Of a stretch of 64,000 nucleotides of DNA, positions 9,358-18,904 are shown in pieces. The position numbers and the translations under genes are program-made. This stretch comes from an uncultured Nitrososphaerota archaeon. Lineage in GTDB: Archaea > Thermoproteota > Nitrososphaeria > Nitrososphaerales > Gagatemarchaeaceae. Below the pieces are notes generated by a model. It had not been told where the DNA came from, did no database searches, and saw only the letters and a program-made list of their open reading frames with translations. Position 1 is the stretch's first letter. Every line of letters begins with the position of its first letter. The stretch lies in the NCBI GenBank assembly GCA_963703285.1, contig OY969807.1:896001-960000 (forward strand), written 5' to 3'.

Positions 9358-10002
9358 TCAGGACCTGCTGACGTTTTGCATGCGCTTTCCCGTGACCGTG
9401 TACGCAACAGACTCCCCCACGTCCTCCGCATGGTCGGCTATCCTCTCGATGTACCGAAGTATCAGAGTCTCGATGAAGTAACACTTCAAGTCAACACCGT
9501 CCTCTTGGTTGATTCTCCGAAGACTGTTCCGATACAGCTCGTCGACCACGTTGTCCATGGCGCCTAGCCGTCCGGCGAGTATCACGTCTCGCTCCGTGAA
9601 GGCTTTGAGGCTGATTCGAATCATCTCGGAGGCCTGCTTTCCGGCCGCCTCTATATCGGCCTTCTCGCAGTTTGCAACGCCAGTGAAGATGGAGAGGACA
9701 TCCGCAATGTCGTAGGCGTACCGTCCGAAGCGGGAGAACCCGTAGGCGATTTCCATGCTCGAGGTGATGAACCGGAGATCGATTGCGACGGGCTGGTACC
9801 TCGCTATCAGCTCCGTGGCCAGGTCGTTGACCTCCTCCTGCTTCACACGGAGCTCCTCCGAGTTGTCGTACACCTGCGTGCGTACGTTCGTTCCCTTGGT
9901 GTAGGCCTCTATCGCGATTGCGACGGTCTTCTCGGATAGTTCACCCATCTGGATCAGGAGGTTCTTCAGTTTCTCCAGACCCATGTCCATTAGTCTAGCC
10001 AT
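9358..10002 (-). CDS. phoU: Phosphate transport regulator PhoU
   Basis: YQPVAIDLR, ERIADHA motifs; follows pstB. Confidence 0.92.
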   Translation of the reverse strand: MARLMDMGLEKLKNLLIQMGELSEKTVAIAIEAYTKGTNVRTQVYDNSEELRVKQEEVNDLATELIARYQPVAIDLRFITSSMEIAYGFSRFGRYAYDIADVLSIFTGVANCEKADIEAAGKQASEMIRISLKAFTERDVILAGRLGAMDNVVDELYRNSLRRINQEDGVDLKCYFIETLILRYIERIADHAEDVGESVAYTVTGKRMQNVSRS

Positions 10003-10015
10003 CTTTACGATGCAC

Positions 10016-10840
10016 CTAACCGAACTTCCCAGTGATGTACCGCTCCGTCAGTTCCTTGCTCGGCGCCTCGAACATCTTCTTCGTCGTGTCGTACTCCACG
10101 AGTTCGCCGAGGTAGAAGAACGCGGTGTAATCCGCCACTCTTGCGGCCTGCTGCATGTTGTGCGTGACGATTATGATCGTGAACTCCCGCTTCAGCTCTG
10201 CCATGGCCTCTTCGATCTTGGTGGTCGCCGTGGGGTCAAGGGCCGAGGCTGGCTCGTCCATCAGGATGATCTCGGGCTCCACCGCGATGGCTCGGGCGAT
10301 GCACAGTCTCTGCTGTTGTCCACCGGACAGCGCCGCCCCGGACTTCTTCAGTTCGTTCTTGACCTCGTCCCAGAGGAAAGCAAGCCGGAGGCTCCTCTCG
10401 ACAACCTCATCCAGCAGCTTCTTGTTACGCACTCCGTTGAGCTTCAGGCCAGCCGCCACGTTGTCGTAGACAGACATGGTGGGGAACGGGTTGGGCTTCT
10501 GGAAGACCATCCCTATCCGGCGCCGGATTCTATCGGCGTTGACGCGCTGACCGTAGATGTTCTCCCCGTCGAGGGTGACCTCCCCTTCCACGTAGGCGCC
10601 TGGGGTCAGTTCGTGAAGCCTGTTGAGGCACCTGATGAAGGTCGTCTTCCCGCAACCGGAAGGGCCCATCAGGGCCGTGATGCTTCGGTTGTTGAACGAG
10701 AGGCTGATACCCCTCAGCACCTGCACCGCCCCGAAGCCTGCTATCAGATTCTTGGTCTCCATCTTGGCGCCTCCGTTGTTGACTTGGCTCATAATCGGCA
10801 GGTCTGCGTCATTCTTGACGTCTTCGCTCTGAGATTCCAT
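10016..10840 (-). CDS. pstB: Phosphate ABC transporter ATPase
   Basis: [37 protein letters not shown]. Confidence 0.97.
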   Translation of the reverse strand: MESQSEDVKNDADLPIMSQVNNGGAKMETKNLIAGFGAVQVLRGISLSFNNRSITALMGPSGCGKTTFIRCLNRLHELTPGAYVEGEVTLDGENIYGQRVNADRIRRRIGMVFQKPNPFPTMSVYDNVAAGLKLNGVRNKKLLDEVVERSLRLAFLWDEVKNELKKSGAALSGGQQQRLCIARAIAVEPEIILMDEPASALDPTATTKIEEAMAELKREFTIIIVTHNMQQAARVADYTAFFYLGELVEYDTTKKMFEAPSKELTERYITGKFG

Positions 10841-10852
10841 CTTCGAGGTCTC

Positions 10853-11728
10853 CTATATCTCCGCCCGGACGTTCGCAAGCTTCCTCCCGAGGATAAACTT
10901 AACGCTGAGGTTAAGGAGGAGCATGAAACCTATCAGGACCAGGGCGGCGCCCCACGCGATGGCGTGCCACTGTGGGTAGGACGAAATGCCGTATGAGTAG
11001 ATGAGCAGCGGTAGCGCGCCGGCCGGTTCGAGCAGCCCCTTCAAGAAGAAGTTGCTGCCCAGTGCCGTCAGCAGGAGCGGCGCAGTCTCTCCAGCGGCAC
11101 GGGCGATGGCGAGCAGGATGCCCGTTGCGAGACCCAGCTTACCAGTGCTTATGACCACTCGCATGACTGTCCTCCATCTAGGGACGCCGAGAGCAATCGA
11201 AGCCTCTCTGAGGCTGCGGGGGACCAGCTTCAGCGATTCTTCGGTCGTCCTCGCGACTATCGGAAGCATGATGATGCTGAGAGAAACGGCGCCCGCGACG
11301 GCCGAGAAGGTCTTTGTCGTCAGGACGATTAGTATGTAGACGAATATGCCGATCACGATGGAAGGGAACTCCGCCAGGACGTCGTTCATGAAGCTGGAGA
11401 CAAAGGAGAGCCTGGATTCGGGCCATTCGGAGAAGAAGATCCCTGCGGCCACACCGAGCGGGACGGAGATGGCCGTAGCAATCCCGACCATGATTATCGT
11501 CCCCTCTATGGCCGGCCCAACCCCTCCCCCCGCGACTCCGACCGGCGTCGGAATGTTGGTGAGAAATGACAGGCTCATCAGGGGGAGGCCCTGGACCAGT
11601 GTCTCGCCCAGAATCAGCACCAGGGGAACCAGGGCAAGGCAGACTGCCAGAAGGATGAGGCCCGTCATCAACCTGTCGAGCACCGTTCGCCTGCGCGCTA
11701 CCATCGAGGAAACTTCTATCTTTGTCAA
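10853..11728 (-). CDS. pstA: Phosphate ABC transporter permease
   Basis: PSIVIG, LREAS.ALG, ARAAGETAPLL. Confidence 0.95.
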   Translation of the reverse strand: MTKIEVSSMVARRRTVLDRLMTGLILLAVCLALVPLVLILGETLVQGLPLMSLSFLTNIPTPVGVAGGGVGPAIEGTIIMVGIATAISVPLGVAAGIFFSEWPESRLSFVSSFMNDVLAEFPSIVIGIFVYILIVLTTKTFSAVAGAVSLSIIMLPIVARTTEESLKLVPRSLREASIALGVPRWRTVMRVVISTGKLGLATGILLAIARAAGETAPLLLTALGSNFFLKGLLEPAGALPLLIYSYGISSYPQWHAIAWGAALVLIGFMLLLNLSVKFILGRKLANVRAEI

Positions 11729-11739
11729 CCGACTATCAC

Positions 11740-12711
11740 TCAGATCCTGTACCGAGCCCCGCGAGTCATCCTGTACAGCAGGAACCTCGCGATGATGTTG
11801 ATGACCAGAGCTGTGCCGAAGAGGATCAGACCGATCTCAACGATGGCAGAGTTGTACAGGGGGTAGGTTGTATCGGTAAACTCGTTGGCTATGACCGCGG
11901 AGAGCGTGTATCCACCAGAGAAGAGGTCGGCCGTTATTCTGGGCGTGTTCCCAATTATCATCGTTACCGCCATGGTCTCGCCAACCGCTCTTCCAAGCCC
12001 GAGGATCGTAGCCCCGAAGAGCCCCGACCTTGCGTACGGAAGGACGCTCTTCTGGATTACCTCCCAGTCTGTCGCCCCCAGGGAGTACATGGCTTCCCTC
12101 TGGCTGTTTGGGACGGCGTTGAGGACAGACCTCGATATCGCCGAGATCGTGGGGATGATCATTATCGCCAGAAGGATTCCCGCCGTGAAGAAGTCCAGAC
12201 CGAAAGGCGTTCCGGAGAAGAGAGGGACGAATCCCAGATAGGTGTGCAGGGGAGTCTCGACGTAATGCTTGAGGAGCGGACTAAGATAGAACAACCCCCA
12301 CAACCCGTAGATTACGCTCGGTACGGCGGCCAAGAGCTCGATGACCGTGCCGATGGCATAGGCCAACCCCGTCCTCGCCTTCAGTTTCTCGGTGAGGAAC
12401 ACGGCAACCCCTATGCTTATGGGCAGTCCTATCAGAAGCGCAAGCATAGAGGTAACGACGGTGCCATAGATGAAGGGGAGTGCGCCGAATATCTCGTGGA
12501 CCGGGTCCCAGTTGTTTGTCCAGAGGTACGCGATTCCGAACTTTGAGAAGCTCAACTCGGAGTGGATAGTCAGTTCGTAGGCAAGCGCCATCAGAAGGAC
12601 GATTATAGCGACGGCGGCCGCGCCCACGACCACTTTCAGGACCGCGTCTCCTTTCAGTCGTCCTGAGTTCATTCCGGAATCCTGACCAGAACCTTTACCG
12701 TTCTTATCCAA
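11740..12711 (-). CDS. pstC: Phosphate ABC transporter permease
   Basis: ELLAAVPSVIYGLWG, GRAVGETMAV. Confidence 0.95.
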   Translation of the reverse strand: MDKNGKGSGQDSGMNSGRLKGDAVLKVVVGAAAVAIIVLLMALAYELTIHSELSFSKFGIAYLWTNNWDPVHEIFGALPFIYGTVVTSMLALLIGLPISIGVAVFLTEKLKARTGLAYAIGTVIELLAAVPSVIYGLWGLFYLSPLLKHYVETPLHTYLGFVPLFSGTPFGLDFFTAGILLAIMIIPTISAISRSVLNAVPNSQREAMYSLGATDWEVIQKSVLPYARSGLFGATILGLGRAVGETMAVTMIIGNTPRITADLFSGGYTLSAVIANEFTDTTYPLYNSAIVEIGLILFGTALVINIIARFLLYRMTRGARYRI

Positions 12712-12758
12712 AATGGGTACTCCGTAGAAGAATAAAGAGGGGGTGTGGATCCAAGCCG

Positions 12759-14057
12759 TTAGCAGGATCCACCGCAGAGAGACACTCCGTTGTACGTGAT
12801 GGCGTTGATGGATGCGTCGTCGATCGTGATGACGTTCGCTGGCAGCGGTATGTAGCCGAGGTTAGTGCCCGCGTTTTGCGCGTCGTTCACGATCCACCAG
12901 AGGTAGCTGACGATATCGGTTCCAAGCTGCTGGTTTGTCTGTGCCTGGTAGACGAGGAGGTAGGTGAAGGTCGTGATTGGGTAGGCCTGCGTTGCCGCGG
13001 TGTCGTTGTAGATCGCATCGGCGATGGACACACTGGACCACTGCGCCGTTCCGGCCGGGAGGCCGGCGGAGGCGCCTGCCTGGACGGCGTTGGAGATTGT
13101 TGTGTCGGTGGCTGAGATGTAGTTACCTGCAGCGTTTGCGACCACTCCGACCGAGAGCAGAGTCGGGTTCTGGAGTGCGTATGCGATCTCAAGTGGGCCT
13201 ATGGCGTAGGGGGTGTTCTCGATGCAGCCGGCGACGCCCTCGTTGCCCTTGCAGCCGAGGCCGGTGGGCCACTTCACCGATGTTGCGAAACCTACTTGGC
13301 TCGCCCACTGTTTGCTAGCGTCTGACAGGTATTGGGTGAATGCGTACATCGTCCCGCTCCCGTCAGAGCGGTGGACGACGGTGATTGCGTGGGCTGGCAG
13401 GGTGACGCCTGGGTTGAGTGCTTGGATAGCCGGGTCGTTCCACATCGTGATGTTCCCGAGGAAGATCCCAGCTAGTACTGCGCCTGAGAACTGGAGGCCG
13501 TTATCGCCCGTGGCGGGAATGGAGGTGGAGGTAGATGACGAGCTTGAAGATGTCGGAATGTTCAGGCCCGGTATGTTGTACGCTGGCACAACCGCGCTGA
13601 TGGATTCGGGGATGGTGATGATGGGCGCTGTGAATGCAGCGTATTGAGAGGCGGTCGGTGGAGCGTCCGTGGCCCCGAGGTTGACCGTCCCCGCCGTGAT
13701 GTCAGCGATTCCCGTTCCGCTGCCGACGCTCGCGTAGTTGACTTCGATGTTCGGCTGGACCTGGGTGTAGGCGAAGGTCCACGCCGACATGAGCGGCTGG
13801 ACCAGGGTCGAGCCCGCGGAGTTGATTGTGGCTGAGGGTTCTTTGCTCGGGGTCGCTGTCGCCGTTGAGATTGAGACCGACCCTGAAACTGATGTGGAGA
13901 CTGACACCGAGACTGATGTGGTGGTTACGGTCGTCTTTCCGCCGGCAGAGACCGCGTAGGCGGCGACGCCCGCTATTACGACCACTACGATGACGATGGC
14001 TGCGATGATTGCTGTTCCTATTGCTGCTTTTTGTTTGTTCTTGGTTACTTGAACCAT
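12759..14057 (-). CDS. pstS: Phosphate-binding protein with a class III-like signal peptide
   Basis: AGSTLVQP, SVGSGTG, HRSDGSGT, YPI motifs; start placed at ATG 14057. Confidence 0.93.
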   Translation of the reverse strand: MVQVTKNKQKAAIGTAIIAAIVIVVVVIAGVAAYAVSAGGKTTVTTTSVSVSVSTSVSGSVSISTATATPSKEPSATINSAGSTLVQPLMSAWTFAYTQVQPNIEVNYASVGSGTGIADITAGTVNLGATDAPPTASQYAAFTAPIITIPESISAVVPAYNIPGLNIPTSSSSSSTSTSIPATGDNGLQFSGAVLAGIFLGNITMWNDPAIQALNPGVTLPAHAITVVHRSDGSGTMYAFTQYLSDASKQWASQVGFATSVKWPTGLGCKGNEGVAGCIENTPYAIGPLEIAYALQNPTLLSVGVVANAAGNYISATDTTISNAVQAGASAGLPAGTAQWSSVSIADAIYNDTAATQAYPITTFTYLLVYQAQTNQQLGTDIVSYLWWIVNDAQNAGTNLGYIPLPANVITIDDASINAITYNGVSLCGGSC

Positions 14058-14114
14058 GAATTTTTCAAGCAAAGCGGCAGATTTCAGTGTATAAGTGAAG
14101 AGCGCAAGGGAAAT

Positions 14115-14136
14115 ATATGGAACTCGTGACCCATAT
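14115..14136. promoter_or_regulatory. Inverted repeat in the pstS/regulator divergent promoter
   Basis: ATATGG-N10-CCATAT; TTTTTCAAG occurs on both sides of the intergenic region. Confidence 0.35.
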
Positions 14137-14162
14137 TGCCACCCATTTTTCAAGTGTTGATT

Positions 14163-15239
14163 ATGTCCACAGAGCACCAAAAAGCCGAAGTCAGGAAGAT
14201 TCAGTTCTCCGGCAAGTCCTCGTACATGCTGGCGCTCCCGAAGAAGTGGGTGGAAGAGATGGGGCTCGACAGGGGCGACTCCGTAGCGGTGGAGAAGCAG
14301 GGAGACTCGTCGCTCATCATAACGCCGCGGGTCGGCAAGATATCGAGCGGCAAGTCCGAGACCGTGGTGGAGGTGTCCCCGAAGAGCAGGACCGACACCA
14401 TCGTCAGGCGCCTGATAGCGATCTACCTCCTCGGTTACAGCACGATACACATCAAGGCCAGGGAGGGTCCCCTGACCTCGGCCCAGAGGGACGCCGTCAA
14501 GGAGGCCTCACGCCGCCACCTCATCGGGACCGAGATAATCGCCGACTCCAGGGAGGGGATAACGCTCCAGGTCCTCCTGAGCTATCCGGAGCTGTCCGTC
14601 AAGAACGTCCTGAAGAGGATGTTCCTGATCGCGGAGTCGATGCACAGGGATTCGGTGCGGGCCTTCGTCCGTGTGGACAAGGACTCAGCCGCGGCGGTGA
14701 CCAAGTCTGACGATGAAGTGGACAGGTTCAGCCTCTACGCGATACGGCAGCTGAACATGGCGGTGCAGAACGACCTCATCCTCCGGGAGATCGAGCTGAA
14801 GAACAGGAGGGACTGCCTGGACCACAGGCTCATAGTGAAGTCCGTCGAGCGCGTCGCCGACCACGCGAACAAGATTGCCGAAGCGGTGCTCCGCATGGAC
14901 GGGCAGGTCAGTCAGTCGTTGCTTGACAAGATTCAGAAGATGAGCGACTACGCCGTCGGCCTCTTCGAGCAGGCGGGGCTCGCGCTGTTCAAGGGCGACT
15001 ACGAGTCGGCGGACAACGTCGTCGAACAGGCGAAGGACGCGGCTGCGATGCAGGAGGAGCTCCTCAACCTCCTCGAGAAAACCAAGGAGACAGAGACGGA
15101 TCAGGTGTTCCCCCTAGTCGTCGAGGACATCAGGCGGACGGCAGAGTACGCCGCGGACATCGCGGAGATAGTCATCAACATGAACACGGAGGCCTCGACG
15201 GCGACGGCTGAGGCAGCGGCCCTGCTCAAGAGCGCCTGA
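14163..15239 (+). CDS. Archaeal phosphate uptake regulator (AbrB-type N-domain plus PhoU domains)
   Basis: RKIQFSGKSSYMLALPKKW; ERVADHA; divergent from pstS. Confidence 0.92.
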   Translation: MSTEHQKAEVRKIQFSGKSSYMLALPKKWVEEMGLDRGDSVAVEKQGDSSLIITPRVGKISSGKSETVVEVSPKSRTDTIVRRLIAIYLLGYSTIHIKAREGPLTSAQRDAVKEASRRHLIGTEIIADSREGITLQVLLSYPELSVKNVLKRMFLIAESMHRDSVRAFVRVDKDSAAAVTKSDDEVDRFSLYAIRQLNMAVQNDLILREIELKNRRDCLDHRLIVKSVERVADHANKIAEAVLRMDGQVSQSLLDKIQKMSDYAVGLFEQAGLALFKGDYESADNVVEQAKDAAAMQEELLNLLEKTKETETDQVFPLVVEDIRRTAEYAADIAEIVINMNTEASTATAEAAALLKSA

Positions 15240-15256
15240 CAGACCGGAAGCTTCGA

Positions 15257-15517
15257 TTACTGGCTGCGTTCGGAGAGCCAGGGCAGGAGCAGGTGACTGG
15301 ACTCGAAGTCCGTATCGCTGCACTCGGATGTGCGAACCGCCAGCCCCGCGAGGAAGAAGAAGTGCTTCTCGCCAGCCTTGTAGATGATGCTCGGCCGTTC
15401 GACGTGGACGATCTCAAGGAACTCGGGCCTCCCGAAGTCAACTGCGCTCTTGCTTCCATGGACGCGACCGACCTCCTCTTCCGTCATCGTAGATGCTATT
15501 GCCATTTCTCTTTTCAC
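15257..15517 (-). CDS. Small hypothetical protein
   Basis: ORF downstream of a TATA-like AT-rich stretch; no recognised motif. Confidence 0.45.
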   Translation of the reverse strand: MKREMAIASTMTEEEVGRVHGSKSAVDFGRPEFLEIVHVERPSIIYKAGEKHFFFLAGLAVRTSECSDTDFESSHLLLPWLSERSQ

Positions 15518-16063
15518 TCGAGACCATGTGATTATCGGGATTTATATACGTTGGCTAATGAAAACATATGGCTATTATAGAAGATTTTGGGCAGGCTAGC
15601 TATCCGTGTTAGTTGGCGAATCCTCAGAGACATCTTATCTCAAACTCTCTTTGATGCTTTCTCGCAAGTGGACGGGAGCCGCCGGCTTCCCAGGGCCCCC
15701 TCCTCCGCGGGCCCTTGGTCCTCATCCTGGATATACATCCTGGCGGCTCGTGCCACTTCGCTCCTCGTCTGGCAAGGTCCTTGAAGCGGTACTCGGCCGC
15801 TTCGTAAGGGAGCGGAGAACCCGTCTTGGTTATCTCTAGCTCTTCAGCGACGAAGTCCTTACCCTTCGAGGGCCCGATAACAGCCTTCCAGGTGCCCCCC
15901 TCGTTGACGGTCTTCCAAGTGCCGCCCTCGGCTTTCCGATAGGCGCCTTGGTGGCGAACTCCGGCGGGGCTCCCACCTTTAGGAGGGAGGCGGGGTGAGC
16001 GTGATGGTTATGGGCTGGGAGTCACCGTCCTAGTTTATCTATCCAAGGTCATCCCTGGTTCCC

Positions 16064-16511
16064 ATGTCTGGCGCCGCCGAGACGAAGGCCGAGGTCATGG
16101 CCTTCGTCCGCTCCTTCTTCGAGGTCGGAAAGACCAAGGACCTTTACCTCTCTGATGGACTTCCACTCCGCGCCGTCTCTCTTCACCAAGTTCGACGAGA
16201 GGCCCCCGTACACCAGGCAGTCGTCGGACGAGGCCTTCATGTACGAGCAGGCGACCTTCGCCAACATCTCCGACTACGAGTACGAGATCGGCGAGGAGCG
16301 GGTGGACCTGGTCGGGGATGTGGCGATAGCGACGTTCTACCTGACCTTCACGGGGGTCTTCGTCAACGACTACTCGTTCGAGGGGATGACCGTCGGGTCG
16401 AAGTCGAGGGTGACGATGGTGGTCGCGAGGTTCAACGACAGATGGAAGCTCGTGCACTCACACTTCAGCCACTTCCCCGACGTCACGAAGACAGAAGTTC
16501 CCCACAGGTAA
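16064..16511 (+). pseudogene. SnoaL/NTF2-like protein split by a +1 frameshift near 16145
   Basis: Frame A gives MSGAAETKAEVMAFVRSFFEVGKTKDL; after one extra T the next frame gives TSLMDFH...GDVAIATF...WKLVHSHFS. Confidence 0.7.
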
Positions 16512-16517
16512 GGTCGT

Positions 16518-18092
16518 CTATCCCAAGCTGTGCCTGAGGCGCGCCGCCTGGTTGAAGGCATCGCGGGCTTCTGCGTCCTCTCCTTCGGCGTAGGAGATCA
16601 GGAAGTTGTTTGTGAAGTTATCGTGCTTCTTGCTCTCGTTGTTACGAGGACCAAGCTTCACGGAGAAGCGCTCCTCGACCATCGAGAGGTCTGCCATGAG
16701 CCTGCCCAGTGAGTCCCTGAACGTCTCGACCGGTATCCCCGCTTTCTTGGCGACCTTCGCGTGCATCTCCATCAGCAGGTTGATGGTCTGCCAGGAGACG
16801 AGGTTGCCCACCGAACGGAAGTCCTTGCGCACGTTCACGTAGGTGCGCTCGAGTGCGCTCCACTCCTCCCCGCGCAGGTCGGCCAGAGCGCTCGCACCGA
16901 TGAACTCGGGAGGGATGCCTATCGAGTAGAATGCCGCGGCGAATGGTATTGCCCTTGGCATCGTCTTCCCTTTGACGTTCCTGCTGTAGCCGAACAGTCC
17001 GATGTGGAGCTTCCTCGCCCTCCTGCGGGGGACAAAGCGCGCGATGCTGTTGATGAACGGAGCGAGCTCCTCAATCCTGGATTGGTAGGACGAGATCAGG
17101 CGGTACATCGCCGTCCTGAGGGTCTTCTCCGTTGACTCGTCTATCTCGAGGGGCTGCTCGTTGGGGAGCCTGGAGTTCAGGAGCGAGATGGCGGACCGAA
17201 CCTTCGCCAGGGGGTAGTCGTACCTGAACGCCGACTGCACGGTGACGGTGCTCAGGCCCCTGTACTCCTCGAGGAACCCTTCGACGTTTGTGGGGGAGAG
17301 GTGTCCCCTGAATGGCATCGACCCCACGCCTATCATGGGGTGCACCTTCACCCCGGTCGCGCTCTCGACCGAGTGGAGCCTCGACAGGGCTATCTTGGCC
17401 AGCAGGACCGCAGGGATGAGCCCGTAGTTCAACGCTGGATCGGAGCGGGCTATGAACACACGCATGTCCGTCGTCTTGACGAGGGAGAGGTACTCCTTGA
17501 TCAGGTCGTCTATGAGGAGGAGGTGCTCCATGTCCTCGACCAGAGGTATGACGTTGATCTCCTTGGGCCTGAACTCGCCCACCCAGCCCTTGACCGTCAT
17601 CGCGTTCGACAGGCTCAGGCTCTGGACGCCGGCAATCGCCTTCACGTAATAGTCGTGCAACCAGGCCAGCTCCCTCCCGCTCGTCGTGAAGGGCAGTATG
17701 ACCTCGAAGACGGGGACGGCCTCCCTCTTGTGGAAGACGGTCGCTACGTCCGAGCTGAGCGGGATCGTGTCCAGTGTGGTCGTCAGTATCTTCCTCTCAG
17801 CGATCTCGATCTGAGGGTTGGGGATGCGGTAGGTCAGGAAGACGTCCTCGCCGATCACCTTCTTCTGGAAGTAGTCCGGGTAGGAGCTGAAGAGCTTCCT
17901 CACGACGTTGGTGTCGACGTCCTTGCCCTCGGAGTCCCACATTACCTCGTCGCAACCGAGATCCTTGTAGGCGAAGTAGGCCTCTCTCAGTTCCGCCTCG
18001 CCCTCGATGACCTCATCCTCGGCCCATGGCGGAGGAGAGACGTTGTCCGGGTGCTGCGTCGACATCGTTCGAGGGATTTTGCGCTCTTTCAA
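16518..18092 (-). CDS. ppcA: Archaeal-type phosphoenolpyruvate carboxylase
   Basis: IPRTMSTQHPDN, MWDSEGK, RSDPALNYG, PFRGH, PRAIPF. Confidence 0.96.
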   Translation of the reverse strand: MKERKIPRTMSTQHPDNVSPPPWAEDEVIEGEAELREAYFAYKDLGCDEVMWDSEGKDVDTNVVRKLFSSYPDYFQKKVIGEDVFLTYRIPNPQIEIAERKILTTTLDTIPLSSDVATVFHKREAVPVFEVILPFTTSGRELAWLHDYYVKAIAGVQSLSLSNAMTVKGWVGEFRPKEINVIPLVEDMEHLLLIDDLIKEYLSLVKTTDMRVFIARSDPALNYGLIPAVLLAKIALSRLHSVESATGVKVHPMIGVGSMPFRGHLSPTNVEGFLEEYRGLSTVTVQSAFRYDYPLAKVRSAISLLNSRLPNEQPLEIDESTEKTLRTAMYRLISSYQSRIEELAPFINSIARFVPRRRARKLHIGLFGYSRNVKGKTMPRAIPFAAAFYSIGIPPEFIGASALADLRGEEWSALERTYVNVRKDFRSVGNLVSWQTINLLMEMHAKVAKKAGIPVETFRDSLGRLMADLSMVEERFSVKLGPRNNESKKHDNFTNNFLISYAEGEDAEARDAFNQAARLRHSLG

Positions 18093-18211
18093 TCTGCGCG
18101 GAACGGGACCACCCTTTCAGGCCGACGGTAGATTAACTAATCGTCCCGCAGGCCTGGGACGCAGACTTAAAGACAGACTCGTCTGTGATCGGGCCAAGGT
18201 CGTGATTCGAG

Positions 18212-18865
18212 GTGATCGTTCCGCGGCTAGGAATCTCTCGCAGGCGTCACCTTCCGGTCCTGAAGATTCTGGACCACTCGGTCAGCCTGTTCTCCGGCCC
18301 CGCCATAGTTCGCCGGTTCAGGAGATGGAGTCTGGATGGGGTCGCGGGCTCTGACCTGGTGCAGGTCGCAACTCCTCTCGACAAGCTCGTGATGAGCAGG
18401 GACCGGGCCGGCATGATGCTGTACGAGTGGGGGAGCTGGACGAGATTCTACGTCCCAGCCGAGTTTGACTTCCACGGGAAGACGGTCCTCGACGTGGGCG
18501 CGGGCGAAGGGGAGACGGTCGAGTTGTACAGGTTTCATGGCGCCAGGAGATTCGTGTGCGTCGAGCCCGACGCCCAGAGAGCCGCAAGGTTGCGGGAGAA
18601 CGCAGGGCGGAACGGGTGGGACGCAGACATCCACGAGGAGCCGTTCTCATTGAAGTTCCTTCAGAGCGGGTTTGACTTCATGAAGATGGACTGCGAAGGG
18701 TGCGAGAGGACCTTGATAGGTACGAGGCTGGATTTTCCCTGCGTGCTGGAGACGCACGGGACCTCGACTGAGGAGTTCCTCAAGATGGACGGCTTCTCTG
18801 CGGTCATGATGGGGACGAAGACGGCGCTGGTGAGCAACGCAGGCGCCTTTCGTCGCGCTGGATGA
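18212..18865 (+). CDS. Class I SAM-dependent methyltransferase (FkbM-like)
   Basis: VLDVGAGEG, VEP, KMDCEGCE. Confidence 0.8.
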   Translation: MIVPRLGISRRRHLPVLKILDHSVSLFSGPAIVRRFRRWSLDGVAGSDLVQVATPLDKLVMSRDRAGMMLYEWGSWTRFYVPAEFDFHGKTVLDVGAGEGETVELYRFHGARRFVCVEPDAQRAARLRENAGRNGWDADIHEEPFSLKFLQSGFDFMKMDCEGCERTLIGTRLDFPCVLETHGTSTEEFLKMDGFSAVMMGTKTALVSNAGAFRRAG

Positions 18866-18904
18866 GGGCGACGGAACGTCTTCTGGTCGTCGGCACTCTG
18901 ACCG

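Noticed and set aside
9983-10996. 337-aa plus-strand ORF and similar long antisense ORFs (17301-18131, 29636-30532, 36800-37981)
   Set aside because: Shadow frames opposite well-conserved genes, as expected in GC-rich DNA.
14058-14450. N-terminal extension of the 563-aa PstS ORF
   Set aside because: It is antisense to the real regulator gene and spans the divergent promoter; the signal peptide starts at 14057.
15600-16020. Possible RNase P or SRP RNA in the GC-rich gap
   Set aside because: No recognisable P4 or SRP helix-8 consensus; a degenerate coding frame explains it better.
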